The notes: a model not told the origin generated them from the letters alone. Counted from the first letter of the stretch, positions 10,525 through 21,906 are shown. The stretch: 64,000 bases of DNA from an uncultured Candidatus Rokubacteria bacterium (GCA_963754315.1 CAVWFS010000007.1:448001-512000), one strand, 5' to 3'. Program-made: numbers and translations.

Positions 10525-10911
10525 TCACCTTTCCGGCACGGTAAGCGGAGCCCCCTTCTGCTTCACAAAGAACCCCAGGAGCTTGGCAGGCTTTGTAGTG
10601 CTGGCATTCCGGGAAACCGCGTGCACGTCTTCCGGCGACTCATAGAATGTCTGGCCCGGCCCCAGTGTCACTTCCTTCCCACCCTTCACCTGCATCACCA
10701 CTGCCCCTTCCAGCACATAGACAAACGAATAAGCATTGTGCCGGTGCGGAGGGTCCGACCCGCCCGGCGCGTACTCCACCATGACCATCGAGCCCTCTTT
10801 GCCGTCTGTTCCCGCCAGGTCCTTCGTCATTAGCGGCGTCACCTTGGCCACTTGAGCCTCGGCGGTAGCCGCCGCCAAGCTAAGCGATAACGCGATCAGC
10901 ACCTTGGTCAT
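10525..10911 (-). CDS. Secreted cupin domain protein
   Basis: Signal peptide; PPHRH...YVLEG...FYE.P.DVH. Confidence 0.9.
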   Translation of the reverse strand: MTKVLIALSLSLAAATAEAQVAKVTPLMTKDLAGTDGKEGSMVMVEYAPGGSDPPHRHNAYSFVYVLEGAVVMQVKGGKEVTLGPGQTFYESPEDVHAVSRNASTTKPAKLLGFFVKQKGAPLTVPER

Positions 10912-11199
10912 TGCTCTCCTCCTTGTACTTTACGTGTCGCCGGCTGATATTCGCCAGGCACAGCCCGGAAAGGGCACCGACAGACGATTCCACCTGTTAA
11001 TCACCGGTAACATCCTTGTCATATGTCATGGTTGTCATGCCCCCTCCGTGGACTTCCTGCACTCGCGCCGCACTCGCAAGCCCTACCGTAACGGCAAACA
11101 CAACCATCAAACGAAGCAAATACGCGTACCGTGCTACGTACCAGCGCTGTGCATCGCATTGCGCACCTCCTAGCGTGCGCTTTGCTGGAGGATCTGCTG

Positions 11200-11721
11200 T
11201 TACGCATGCTTTGCAACCTTGTCGGCACGAATCGGCAGTCTCCAGTGGGGCCGGACGAAATGACAGGTGTAACCGTCGGGATATCGTTGGAGATAATCCT
11301 GATGCTCGAGTTCGGCCTCCCAGAAGTCGCGAGCCGGAACGACTTCCGTAAGGACCTTGCCCGGCCACAGGCCTGAAGCATCGACGTCGGCGATGGTGTC
11401 TTCGGCAATCCGCTTCTGCTCGTCACTGGTGTAGAAGATCGCAGATCGGTAGCTGGCCCCGAAGTCGTTGCCTTGGCGATTGCGCGTGCTTGGGTCGTGA
11501 ATCTGGAAGAAGAATTCGAGGATCTGCCGATAGCTGACCCGGGCAGGATCAAAGATGACCTCGACTGCTTCGGCATGTGAGCCGTGATTGCGATAGGTAG
11601 CGTGGGACACGCTGCCGCCGGTGTAGCCGACCCGTGTCGACAGAACGCCATCGTAGCGGCGAAGAAGATCCTGCACGCCCCAGAAGCAACCGCCGGCAAG
11701 AACAGCGCGTTCCTCAGTCAT
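11200..11721 (-). CDS. msrA: Peptide methionine (S)-S-oxide reductase
   Basis: GGCFWG active site, RQGND.G..YRSAIF, HQDY...GYTCH. Confidence 0.95.
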   Translation of the reverse strand: MTEERAVLAGGCFWGVQDLLRRYDGVLSTRVGYTGGSVSHATYRNHGSHAEAVEVIFDPARVSYRQILEFFFQIHDPSTRNRQGNDFGASYRSAIFYTSDEQKRIAEDTIADVDASGLWPGKVLTEVVPARDFWEAELEHQDYLQRYPDGYTCHFVRPHWRLPIRADKVAKHA

Positions 11722-11777
11722 TGGACACCCTCCTGTCCATCGCCAAAAGGCGCCGGGCGCCAGGCGAATCGAGCTGT

Positions 11778-12167
11778 CGGAGTTTCGTGATGGGCCCCCC
11801 GGGGCGTCCTCAACCCCGCGTCGGTGCCGAGGAGGGCATCGAGCAGCTCGTCATGGAGACGCGGTACGCTCTCGGTGCCGCAGCGGCGAGGGCCGCAGGC
11901 GCGCGGCGCGCGGCGGGGGATCGACACCGTGTTGATCTCCCGCTTGACCTTCTTCGCGTTGGCGCGGACCAGCGCGACCTTTCGGTCCCAGCCGCGCGTG
12001 AGGACGGCGCCGGCAGCGCCGAGGTCGAGGCAGGTGACGTATGCCTCCTGGTGGTACGGCGACGTGGGGACGCCGAGCAGATCCGCCGCGGCGTTGTTGC
12101 CGGCGAAGGCGCCGAGCCGTGTCGCGTGCTGGCGCCGACATGAGCGCATGATGGCCCACGTCGTCGC
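11778..12167 (-). repeat. Degenerate direct copy of 12318-12706 (3' end of the NDH-2-like gene)
   Basis: Two ~390-bp copies 540 bp apart with long identical stretches; this copy has indels that break the frame. Confidence 0.9.
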
Positions 12168-12347
12168 AGTCGCGAACAATCCAGCCTTACGCAGGCGTGA
12201 TGGAGCTAACGACTACCTCCGGACGTCACGTCGAGATCCCCCAAGCCGATGACTTGGGACCGTCAGGCGAACCGGAAAGGAGTCGGACCAGATTATGCCG
12301 AAGGACAGGAGAATTCGCGGAGTTTCGTGATGGGCCCCCGGGCGTCC

Positions 12348-13601
12348 TCAAGCCGCGTCGGTGCCGAGGAGCGCATCGAGCAGCTCGTCATGGAGATGCG
12401 TGACGCTCTCGGGCGCCGCAGCGGCGAGGGCCGCAGCGCGATCGGCGCGCGGCGGGTAGATCCACACCGTGTTGATCTCCCGCTTGACCTTCTTCGCGTT
12501 GGCGCCGACCAGCGCGACCTTTCGGTCCCAGCCGCGCGTGAAGACGGCGCCGGCAGCGCCGAGGTCGAGGCAGGTGACGTACGCCTCCTGGTGGTACGGC
12601 GACGTGGGGACGCCGAGCAGATCGGCCGCGGCGTTGTTGCCGGCGAAGGCGCCGAGCCGTGTCGCGTGCTGGCACGACATGAGCGCGTGATGGCCCACGT
12701 CGTCGCTCGCGGCCTTGGCGGCGTCGCCGGTGGCGAACACCGTCGGTACCTCCGCAACTCGCAGATCCCGATCGACCAGCAGCCGGCCGGAACCGTCGCG
12801 CTCGGCCGGGATCTGGGCCGTCAGCGGAGTGGCGCGCAGGCCGGCCGCCCAGATCACCGTGGCCGCTTCGATGCGCTCTCGATCGGTGAGCGTGACGCCG
12901 GTTCCGTCGAGCGCGGCGACGCCGGCGCCGAGCCGGGTCTCCACGCCGAGCTCGCGCAGAGCCGCCTCGATCACGGGGCGCGGATTCGCACCCATGTCCG
13001 GAGCGATCACGTCGCCGCGCTCGACGATCACGACCCGGATCGGGGCATCCTCGCCGAGGATGGCGCGCAGCCGCGCCGGCATCTCGGTCGCGGCCTCGAT
13101 GCCGGTGAAGCCGCCGCCTGCGACCACCACCGTCGCGCGCGCCGCAGACCGGGGCGCATCGGCCAGGCGATGGAGGTGGCGGTCGAGAGCCACCGCGTCG
13201 TCGAGCGAGTCCACGCTGAAGCCGTGCTCGGCGAGGCCGGGAAGGTTCGGCCGGAACAGGCGGCTGCCCGCAGCGAGGACCAGCCGGTCGTACGTCAGGG
13301 CGCTGCGCTGGTCGCGAGGAGCGACGACGTCGACCGAGCCGGCCTTGGTGTCGATCGTCTCGACGCTGCCCTGCACGTACACCACGTTCGTCGCCCGGAA
13401 CAGTTCGAGGAGCGGCGCGGTCAACGTCTCGGGCGCGGGTTCGTAGAGGCGCGGCCGGATCACCAGCACCGGCTGAGGCGAGATCACCGCGATCTCGAGC
13501 TCGTCGGGCGAGACACCCTTCGCGTCGCGGAGGCGTGCAGCCGAGAGCGCCGCGTTCATGCCGGCGAAGCCGGCTCCGATGACGACGAGTCGCTGTTGCA
13601 T
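12348..13601 (-). CDS. NAD(P)/FAD-dependent oxidoreductase (NDH-2-like)
   Basis: GAGFAG, YDRLVLAAGS, GGGFTGIE, FATGD, CLDLG. Confidence 0.9.
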   Translation of the reverse strand: MQQRLVVIGAGFAGMNAALSAARLRDAKGVSPDELEIAVISPQPVLVIRPRLYEPAPETLTAPLLELFRATNVVYVQGSVETIDTKAGSVDVVAPRDQRSALTYDRLVLAAGSRLFRPNLPGLAEHGFSVDSLDDAVALDRHLHRLADAPRSAARATVVVAGGGFTGIEAATEMPARLRAILGEDAPIRVVIVERGDVIAPDMGANPRPVIEAALRELGVETRLGAGVAALDGTGVTLTDRERIEAATVIWAAGLRATPLTAQIPAERDGSGRLLVDRDLRVAEVPTVFATGDAAKAASDDVGHHALMSCQHATRLGAFAGNNAAADLLGVPTSPYHQEAYVTCLDLGAAGAVFTRGWDRKVALVGANAKKVKREINTVWIYPPRADRAAALAAAAPESVTHLHDELLDALLGTDAA

Positions 13602-13738
13602 GGGTCACCTCTCCGGCGAGCTCGCGCGGCCGCCTAAGTGAGTTATGAACCCCGCAAAGCCGTAATGGCGGCCCCGGTCAGGTGCAGCGGAGAGGGGGCA
13701 TGGTTCGGCACAGCCACTGCACACCCGCGACAACCCGT

Positions 13739-14647
13739 TCATTGGTCCAACCATTGCAGCCGACGGGGCGCGAAGTTCAGAGTCTTTTTCGCCTTCCCGT
13801 TTGTCGCCCCTCGGAGCTTTGTGCCGTAGTAGACGGCGTCCTCGCCGCCTCGTTCTCGCCCCTCCTGTTCAGTCACCTGGGGCGGGGGCGGGGCCCCGAC
13901 CCACCGCGCGAACGCCGGCAGCCAGCGGCTGACCGGGGACGGGTCGTCATCCACGACATGATACACGCCCGGCGGGGCCGTCAGGGCGGCGACCGTTGCG
14001 ACCGCCGCGTCCTCGATGTGGACCCACGACCAGACGCCTTCCCCCGCGCCGATGATCGCCAGTTCCTGCTTCCGCGCTTGGTCCGCTGCGGCGCCGTCCG
14101 GGTTGTACCAGGTGCCCGGCCCGTAGAAGAACCCGTACCGCAGGGCGACCCCTTCGATACCCTCCGCGTTCAGCACCCGCGACTCCAGCTCGGCGTAGGT
14201 CCGCGCGCTCGCCGCCACGCGGGGGCTGGCATCGACCGCCATGCCCTCGGACTCGTCGGCCAGCCCGCTGCCCGGTTTGAGGAAGAAGCCGCTGGACTGC
14301 TGGATATACCGCCGCACCCCGCACGCCCGCGCGGCGCGGTGGAGGTTCCCGCCGCCTTCGAGGCGCAACTTCCGGTCTCCGGCCGCGGCGGCGGCCATTT
14401 CCGACGGGTGCCGGGGCAACGCGGTCAACTCGTCGATGACGACTTCCGCCCGTGACTCCTGAAGCGCCCGTTCCAGTGCCGGTGCGTCGAACGCGCTCAC
14501 ATGGGCGACAGCCGCGCCGAGGCCCGCGATGACCCGTGCGCCGGCGTCGGAGTTGGTCATGCCTGTTACGGCGTGACCTTGACGGACCAACTCGGCGAGG
14601 AGCGGGCGGCCAATCGCCCCACTCGCCCCCGCGACAAAGATGTTCAT
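13739..14647 (-). CDS. NAD-dependent epimerase/dehydratase family protein
   Basis: GASGAIG, LRYG.FYGPG, SWVHIEDAA. Confidence 0.9.
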   Translation of the reverse strand: MNIFVAGASGAIGRPLLAELVRQGHAVTGMTNSDAGARVIAGLGAAVAHVSAFDAPALERALQESRAEVVIDELTALPRHPSEMAAAAAGDRKLRLEGGGNLHRAARACGVRRYIQQSSGFFLKPGSGLADESEGMAVDASPRVAASARTYAELESRVLNAEGIEGVALRYGFFYGPGTWYNPDGAAADQARKQELAIIGAGEGVWSWVHIEDAAVATVAALTAPPGVYHVVDDDPSPVSRWLPAFARWVGAPPPPQVTEQEGRERGGEDAVYYGTKLRGATNGKAKKTLNFAPRRLQWLDQ

Positions 14648-14681
14648 ATCGGTCTCTTATGGTGTTACGGTCTCGCCGGGG

Positions 14682-14760
14682 TTACTCTTTCTTCGGCTCG
14701 GGAATGGTCACCTGCTTGGCGTCCCGCGGGTGCAGTACGACGGCCAGGACACGGGTCTGA
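14682..14760 (-). pseudogene. Possible C-terminal remnant of a cupin gene
   Basis: TRVLAVVLHPRDAKQVTIPEPKKE* resembles cupin C-termini; lies just upstream of the epimerase. Confidence 0.35.
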
Positions 14761-15085
14761 GACGCAAGAGGGATGGGCGATGATCGGACCCTCGCGGTAT
14801 CCATGCGGCGATCACCCTCCATGGGGAGGCCGTCAGTGTAGCACGTAGCCTCCACGTCCAACTGCCGGTCACGGCCGTATCGGCCTATCCCACCTGTCGA
14901 CCTTGCCAGCACCTGATCGGATCTGGTCCCCAGGCACTTAGCCTCCTCGAGGAGGTGGCTGCTCAGGCATCTGTCGAGTCAAGGCGCCAATATAGGTCCC
15001 TCGCTCCCGCCCGAAGAGCTCGCACCACCTCAACGGCCATGGCGTTCATCCATGTTCATCGACTCGTCAGGCGAGATCGTGGCGG

Positions 15086-16460
15086 TCAGATGGCTCTCCC
15101 CGAGACGTGGTCGGGGATCCAGTTTCCGTGGAATCCGTAGGGCACCCGCACGGGCAGGTGCACGGACGCCACCGTCTCCAACGTCGCCGCGTCGACGAGC
15201 ACGAGGTCACTGGCTTCGCGACCGCCATCGTAGACGTAGCCCATCAGGACACCGTGGTCCTCGGCAGCGTCGGGCCCAGAGGGCACGAAGACGAACTCGC
15301 TGAGACCCTTGCCGGGTCCAAACGATCGCGACGCCTGCCGCCGCGAATCAAAGTCGTACTTGTACACGATGCTGTCGCCGACCTGCAGCTCGCCCGCAAC
15401 GCTGTACCCATAGCGATGACGCCGACCTGTGAGTCGTTCGTCGATGCGGGGGAACTCCTGGGCCCGGTCGTCGAGGCGTTCCTCGAACACTTTTCCGGCG
15501 TTGAGGTCGATCGTCCACCGATCGAGCGTCGGTCCTTCCTCGTTCGGGCCCGGAATCTCCGAGACGAACATCTTGGGGTGACGCACGACGTCGACCACGA
15601 TGCGCCCGTCGTGGTCGTACGCGTTCATCGTGTGGAACAGGTAGCATGGCTTGATCTCGAACCAGCGCAGATCGACGGCGTCACGGTCACGGGGCAGCAC
15701 GCCGACTCGGGCCCGGTAGTCGGGGTTCCACCGGTACGGAAACCCGCTCGGGGAGGTGGCGTCGGCATCGGCGCTGATCGCCTTCGGATCCAACGTCACC
15801 GGGAGATCGTAGACCACCACGTAGTTCTCGGTCAGGGAGAACGAGTGCATCGCCGGGGAGCCGGCGCACTCGATGTCAACGGTGCGTCGCACACGGGCGT
15901 TCGTGTCGAGGATTGAGTATTGGACCCGGTTCCCCCAGCCAAAGAAGTAGGATACTGCGTGCAGCTCACCGGTGGCCGGGTCGCGCAAGGGATGGGGGGT
16001 GTAAGGACCTTCAAGCGTGCCGTCGAAGTTGCTCCGGCCGATGGTCTCGAGGTCGTAGGTCAGTTCGTAAGGGTTCGTCGCCGGCCTCGACGACGACAAA
16101 GGTGCGCCCGGCTTGCTCGATCACGTTGGTGTTGGCGGCAAAGTCTCTGGCCGGAGAGATTGCGCCCGGTCGCCGCGGCTCGCCCAAGATCTCGGCGACG
16201 TCGTCGGAGCGCACGTAGCGGTTTCGGTACCACTCGGCCCGACCACCGCGTAGCCGGACCCCGTGCACCATCCCGGTGCCAGTGAACCAGTGATACGTCG
16301 CCGGGTCGGGATCCGTGATGGGGTTGGGGCCAGTGCGGACGTACCGGCCTTCGAGGTGGTCAGGGATAGCGCCAGTGACTGGCAGTTCGGTAACGGTGAC
16401 CTCGACGCGTACTGGGCCGAAGTTGCCTTGCAGAAACGAATTGCCCATCGCTCTCGTCAT
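15086..16460 (-). CDS. Carotenoid/lignostilbene cleavage dioxygenase (RPE65 family); one frameshift near 16075
   Basis: LQGNFGPV, G.YVRTGPNP, HWF.G.GM in ORF 16011-16532; all four Fe-His motifs (TPHP, MHSF, FHTMNA, GFHG) in ORF 15086-16099. Confidence 0.85.
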
Positions 16461-16693
16461 GGCGAGCCTCCTTGTCGTTACGAACATGGTCCGATCCGGA
16501 CTATAAGCAGGCACGCTTCTGCCGTTCGCCAAAATCCCGGCTGGTGGTCAACGGTTGATCAGGCGCTGCTCTCAAGACAATCCTAGTTCAATGATCGCCA
16601 TCCTGCTCCGCCTTGATCATCGACAGGAGAAGACCTTGAGCCGAGTGATACAGTTCAGGCGACTAACAGTTCGGCGAAAGGTAGGGAAGTCGA

Positions 16694-17614
16694 ATGGCCG
16701 ATGACGGATTGATCCTCGTAACCGGGGCAGCCGGTCAACTCGGGGCGGTCGGGCGAACCGTGACCGGCCTGCTCCTCGATCGCGGGCTTCCGGTTCGCGC
16801 CATGGTCCGCCGCGAGGACGACCGGGCGGCGGCCTTGCGGGCCGCCGGGGCCGAAGTGGTGGTCGGAGACCTGCTCGAGCCGGCCGACGTCTATCGGGTC
16901 GTCTACGGCTGTCGACGGTTGTACTTCGGCATGTCCGTGTCCGCCGGGTACCTGGAGGCGACTGTGATCATGGCAGCGGTCGCCCGGGAAATCGGGGTGA
17001 ACGCCCTAGTCAACATGTCCCAGATGACAGTCTCCCAGATGAGCATCCAGAACACCACCCCGAGCCCTCAGCAGCGGCAGCACTGGCTCGGCGAGCAGGC
17101 TCTCGGGTGGTCCGGGCTGCCGGTCGTCACCGTCCGGCCGACGGTCTTCCTGGACGGCTTCTTCCTCCGCTTCGCCGGTCCGACCGTCCGTGAGCGAGGC
17201 CGCATCGAAGTTCCGTTCGGCCGGGGCAAGACCTCTCCGGTCGCCGCGGCTGATGTCGCTCGCGTGGTTGCTACCGTCCTCGCTGACCCTGGGCCGCACC
17301 TGGGCCGGATCTACGAACTCACCGGCCCGCGGTCGCAGGACATGAACGGCGTCGCCCGCGAGTACTCGGACGCGCTGAACCGTGAGGTCACGTACTACGA
17401 CATCCCCCACCCGGAGTGGGAAAGGGAGCTGAAAAGGGAGGGGCTGCCGGAGCACGTGACCCGGCATCTGGTGACGATGGCTGAGTTGCACCGGGCAGGT
17501 CGGTACGACCGGCTGGCGGACGGCGTGGAGCGGGTGACCGGACGGCCGGCCATGAGCGTCCGGGACTTTGTGACGCTCCACGCGGATGAGCTCGGCGGTC
17601 GTCGATCTAATTGA
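16694..17614 (+). CDS. NmrA family NAD(P)H-binding protein
   Basis: ILVTGAAG..G.VG, VRPTVF, YELTGP. Confidence 0.9.
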   Translation: MADDGLILVTGAAGQLGAVGRTVTGLLLDRGLPVRAMVRREDDRAAALRAAGAEVVVGDLLEPADVYRVVYGCRRLYFGMSVSAGYLEATVIMAAVAREIGVNALVNMSQMTVSQMSIQNTTPSPQQRQHWLGEQALGWSGLPVVTVRPTVFLDGFFLRFAGPTVRERGRIEVPFGRGKTSPVAAADVARVVATVLADPGPHLGRIYELTGPRSQDMNGVAREYSDALNREVTYYDIPHPEWERELKREGLPEHVTRHLVTMAELHRAGRYDRLADGVERVTGRPAMSVRDFVTLHADELGGRRSN

Positions 17615-18084
17615 GGCGAGCGCTGCCGACGCCCGATCGGGCCAGTGTCATCGATTGGAGGCTGTCCTTCCCCATTTCTGACACGGAGGTGTCCCGGTCA
17701 AAAACTCGCCGGTCGAATGCCGCATGTAGAGTTTCGGCCAGTCCTTCATCCCTCACCGTTGGGAGCTGCAATGATCCTCGCCGCGGGGTGTCTGGACCTT
17801 CCTTCGCGCCCTTCTCGGCCGCTCCACCGCCGTTACGCTCGAGAACGTTACTCTGCGTCATCAATTGATGGTCCTGTAGCGGTCGAGCCCGCGGCCTCGG
17901 CTCCGCCGCCAGGACAACATCCTCTGGGTGCGCCTCTGACGGCTCTGGGCGAACTGGCGGTCCAGCCAGTTCATTGTCCAGCCCGCCACGGTGGTCCTTG
18001 GCACCGTCAAGGCTTTCGACTCTACTGGCGCTGGAGGTCCCGACGACGCTCACCGGGTCGTCCGCCGATCGACGAGGATGGGGC

Positions 18085-18300
18085 TGTCCACAGGTGCTGG
18101 AACTGGGCGGCGACGATCTGCTCCTATGCGAGTGGCGCTGTCAGCTGGCCGATGGACTGCGCGAATCGACAGGCTCCGTCGATGGCATCGGGTGAGGCCG
18201 TGGGATCGAAAAACAGCGCATCGCGAGCGACCAGCGGCCCAATGAGCTCCGTCTCCTCGGGCGGGAATATCCGCCGGGCGGCCTCGGCGGCGAGCGACGG
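18085..18300 (-). pseudogene. C-terminal remnant of an ABC substrate-binding protein (SsuA/NMT1-like)
   Basis: Hand translation PSLAAEAARRIFPPEETELI...ARDA.FFDP...FAQSIG.L..PLA*EQIVA.QF.HLW with an in-frame TAG. Confidence 0.55.
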
Positions 18301-18533
18301 TTTGTATTCGAACTCGCCAGCAACGTGTCGGCACTTCGGTTTCGGAGGGCCTGTCGCTTTCCATGAACGTCGAGAGCCGCTTGCGGAGAAGGAGCCGCGG
18401 CGGTGGACGCGGGTCTTCGCCGTTGGAAACGGGGATTCCTCCTCCCTTTCCCCCTATCTTCTCTTCCCTCCCCGAGACAAAATCCGGAGGCCGTAGCGGC
18501 TGACTTCGGAGTGTGCGAAAATGATTAGCCAAG

Positions 18534-18797
18534 GTGCCTGAGCAGAGCCAGCTCCGAGGCAACAAACGAGCGCAAAGGCCGCGGCCCAGAACGCGTGCCC
18601 GATCCGCCCCTGCCTCCCCCTCCGCGTACCCTGTCGATCCTCGCCTCGCCTGGTACGTGGGGCTCTCACTCATGGCGGTCTGTGAAATCATCGAGTGGCC
18701 GGTCGCGATCGTGATCGCTGTTGGACATGAGATCGCTCACCGAGCCCGCGGCAGCGCCCTGCGCGAACTCGCCGAAGGGATCGAAGCGGGAATCTGA
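18534..18797 (+). CDS. Small hypothetical membrane protein
   Basis: Protein-like composition (LAWYVGL..MA..EIIEWPVAIVIAVGH); GTG start. Confidence 0.55.
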   Translation: MPEQSQLRGNKRAQRPRPRTRARSAPASPSAYPVDPRLAWYVGLSLMAVCEIIEWPVAIVIAVGHEIAHRARGSALRELAEGIEAGI

Positions 18798-19395
18798 AGA
18801 AGCGGTAATCATGGGCTGAGCCGTCGATTGTGGCTCGCCACCACCGTCGAGAACTCATTCACATCGGCGTCATCGACCAGCCCACCGCCGCCTGGGTAGC
18901 TCAACTGATCGCCCACGCGTTCCCGGACGAGACCGGCCGCGCCTACCTGCTCCGCGATCGCGATGCCATTCGACGGCGCTGATTTCCAGCGCCGGGTCGA
19001 GCGCATGGGCTTTCGCCAGGTCGTCATCACACCTCGCGCTCCCTGGCAGAAGCCCTTCGCCGAGCGCGTCATTGGCTCGATTCGCCGCGAATGCCTCGAT
19101 CTCGTCATCGTGCTCAACGAGCGCCACCGGCGTCGCTTGGTTCGCACGTACCTCGCCTACTACAACGCGACGCGGCCTCACCAGAGTCTTGCTAACGACA
19201 GCCCGCGCCGGCGCGAGGTACAGTCGTCCTGTATCCCCTCACCAGCCACCACCATATCGAGCGCCGCCGGCGCGCGAGTAGAATCGGAAGAGCCGTGGCC
19301 GAGAGTTTTGTTCATCCGCAATGTCGAGAATCCGTTCCGTGCTCCGACCTACCGATGAAGGCGCTGATCACGTCGCCTGAAAAGGAGCCAAAGCG

Positions 19396-19791
19396 ATGAA
19401 ATACATGCTCATGATGCACGCACCAAAGGGTAAGGGGGACTGGGAGATCTTCAATTGGCCCCCGCAGGACATCAAAGCGCATATCGACTTCATGCACCGG
19501 CTGAACAAGGAATTGAGGGACGCAGGCGAGCTGGTCGGCGGGGAGGGCTTGACCGGACCGGGCAAGGCCCGGCTCGTGCGGGCAGGCAACGACGGTCGAC
19601 CGGTGACCGATGGCGTGTTTCCGGAGACGAAGGAATTCCTCGCCGGCTACTGGATCATCGAAGTCGATCGTCCGGAGCGCGCCTATGAGGTCGCCGGGAA
19701 AGCCTCGGCGGCGCCCGGGCCCGGCGGCAAGCCGCTGAACATGGACATCGAGGTCCGCGAGGTCATGAGCGTTTCACCCGTCGAGGTGTGA
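19396..19791 (+). CDS. YciI (DGPF-type) protein
   Basis: MKYMLM...VTDGVFPETKEFLAGYW...IEVREV; AAGGAG RBS. Confidence 0.9.
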   Translation: MKYMLMMHAPKGKGDWEIFNWPPQDIKAHIDFMHRLNKELRDAGELVGGEGLTGPGKARLVRAGNDGRPVTDGVFPETKEFLAGYWIIEVDRPERAYEVAGKASAAPGPGGKPLNMDIEVREVMSVSPVEV

Positions 19792-21067
19792 GACGTCACC
19801 CTCTCTCGATAGCCGCGCCGAGAGCCTGCTGCGCGAGCTGGCGCCACAGGTTCTCGGCTGCGTCGTCGGACGCTACGGAGACTTCGCCGCGGCCGAAGAC
19901 GCCGTGCAGGAGGCGCTGATCGCAGCCGCCGTTCAGTGGCCGCGCGACGGGCTTCCGGAGAACCCGCGCGGCTGGCTGATCCAGGTCGCCTCGCGGCGGA
20001 TGACCGATCACTGGCGCAGCGAGGCGGCGCGCCGGCGCCGCGAAGAGGCCGCGGCTCGAGACGCGCTCCTTCATCCCGCCGCGCGAGTCGCGGACGCGGA
20101 GGAGGCGGATCCAGGCGATGACACGCTTCTTCTCCTGTTCATGTGTTGCCATCCCTCGCTGACGACACCGTCGGCGGTCGCGCTCACGCTGCGCGCGGTC
20201 GGAGGATTGACGACGGCGGAGATCGCGAACGCTTTCCTGGTTCCCGAAGCGACGATCGCCCAAAGGATCAGCCGCGCCAAGGAGACTATCCGATCCTCCG
20301 GCGTGGCGTTCCGCATGCCGACGCGCGAAGAGCGCGCGCGGAGACTGAACGCCGTGCGGCATACGCTGTACCTGATCTACAGCGAGGGCTACACGAGCAG
20401 CGCCGGCCCGACGCTGCATCGCACCGACCTCTCGTCGGAGGCTATTCGCTTGGCCCGCGCGCTACACCAGGTTCTTCCAGACGATGCGGAGGTCGCGGCC
20501 CTTCTGGCCCTGATGCTGCTCACCGATGCGCGCCGGCCGGCGCGCACCGACGCGGACGGCGAGCTCGTCCCGTTGGACGAGCAGGACCGGACGCTCTGGA
20601 ACAAGGAGTTCATTGCCGAAGGCGTAGCGCTCGTCAGCGCTGCGCTGCCGAAGGGGCCTGTCGGGCCCTATCAGATCCAGGCGGCGATCGCGGCGATCCA
20701 CGACGAAGCCGCGCGCTTCGAGGAGACCGACTGGGCGCAGATCCTCGCGTTCTATCAGCTGCTCGAGCGGCTTTCGGACAATCCGATCGTTTCGCTCAAC
20801 CGAATCGTGGCGACGGCCATGGTGGAGGGACCAAAGGCGGGCCTGGACGCGCTGGACGTGCTAGCGGCGGACGCCCGCCTCAAAGGTCACTACCGTTTGG
20901 ACGCCGTGCGCGCCCACCTGCTCGAAAAGGCCGGCAATGGGGAGGCGGCGGTTGCGCACTATCGGAAAGCCGCCGCCCGCACTTCGAGCGTGCCTGAAAG
21001 GAACTATCTCGTGACCCGCGCCGCGCGACTGGCCATGTGCCAGTCAGAAACCTCAGCCCCGCTGTGA
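19788..21067 (+). CDS. ECF sigma factor with C-terminal TPR-like extension (ECF42-type)
   Basis: AEDAVQEA...CCHPSL...AQRISRAK...L.EQDR.LW...GPYQIQAAIAA.H; paired with YciI. The expected GTGA-overlap start is 2 nt out of frame. Confidence 0.85.
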
Positions 21068-21114
21068 ACCCGCAGCACCCGCGAACCACCCTGCGCTTGG
21101 CACGATGATAACGC

Positions 21115-21423
21115 GACCTGGCGGAGCGGTACGGCTGGATCAATCGAGCGTTGCCCGCCAACGCGCTCGATGGCTTCGTCCGCTCGCTTGCCCATCTGGT
21201 CGCCCGGTTTCCGACCGCCGGCCAGGTCGTGGTCAAGGAGCGGGTCAATGCGGTCGCCCTCGCCCCGGCCGATGACTTCCGTCGCGATTCCGATCTCTTG
21301 GGCGCGAGTGTGCGCGACCCCGAGGCCCAACGCGCATCCAGGCGGCTATTGAAACGTGGCTTCCAAACCCGAGAAGCCGAGATGTCCCTGGGCCGGCTCC
21401 TGGGCAATATGGCTGACCATTGA
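21115..21423 (+). pseudogene. C-terminal fragment of an enoyl-CoA hydratase/isomerase
   Basis: DLAERYGWINRALP...GFQTREAEM.L; no N-terminal part. Confidence 0.6.
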
Positions 21424-21496
21424 TCGAGGCACTGACGCGAAGGCCGAGCATCTCCGCTTCACCCACAGACATGTTAAAAGACGAAAGGACCTCCTC

Positions 21497-21898
21497 ATGA
21501 AAGCTACGCGAGTCATGGCGATCGCGGTGCTCATTCTCGCAACCGGGCTGACCCTGGACGTGGGATCGGCGCAGCAGTCGGGGATCAAGCGCACCGATCT
21601 TCAGCGGCATGACCTCGGCATGCCCGGGCGCGAGGTCATCCAGGTCCGCGTCGATCTCGACCCGGGCGTGGCGTTCCCGAACCACACGCATCCGGGCGAA
21701 GAGATCATCTATGTCCTCGAAGGCACGTTCGAGTATCAGGTCGAGGGCAGACCGCCGATGACGCTCAAGGCCGGCGACGTCTTGTTCATCCCGGCTGGAA
21801 CAATCCACGCAGCGAGGAACGTCGGAAGCGGCAACGCGGCGGAGCTCGCGACGTACATCGTCGAAAAGGGGAAACCGCTCGTTTCGATCGTCAAGTAA
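21497..21898 (+). CDS. Secreted cupin domain protein
   Basis: Signal peptide; HTHPGEE.IYVLEG, FIPAGTIH. Confidence 0.9.
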   Translation: MKATRVMAIAVLILATGLTLDVGSAQQSGIKRTDLQRHDLGMPGREVIQVRVDLDPGVAFPNHTHPGEEIIYVLEGTFEYQVEGRPPMTLKAGDVLFIPAGTIHAARNVGSGNAAELATYIVEKGKPLVSIVK

Positions 21899-21906
21899 GC
21901 CAGAGG

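Larger units (their letters stand above)
17690..19320 (+). mobile_element. Decayed IS with rve/integrase-core transposase (IS3/IS481-like), split by unrelated DNA
   Basis: WHRQGFRLYWRWRS..GRPPI (~17990-18070) and LLRDRD...PRAPWQ...AER.IGSIRRECLD...YYN..RPHQSL (~18900-19210). Possible degenerate ends TG-N8-AAAAACTC (17690) and GAGTTTTG-N8-CA (19320). Confidence 0.65.
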
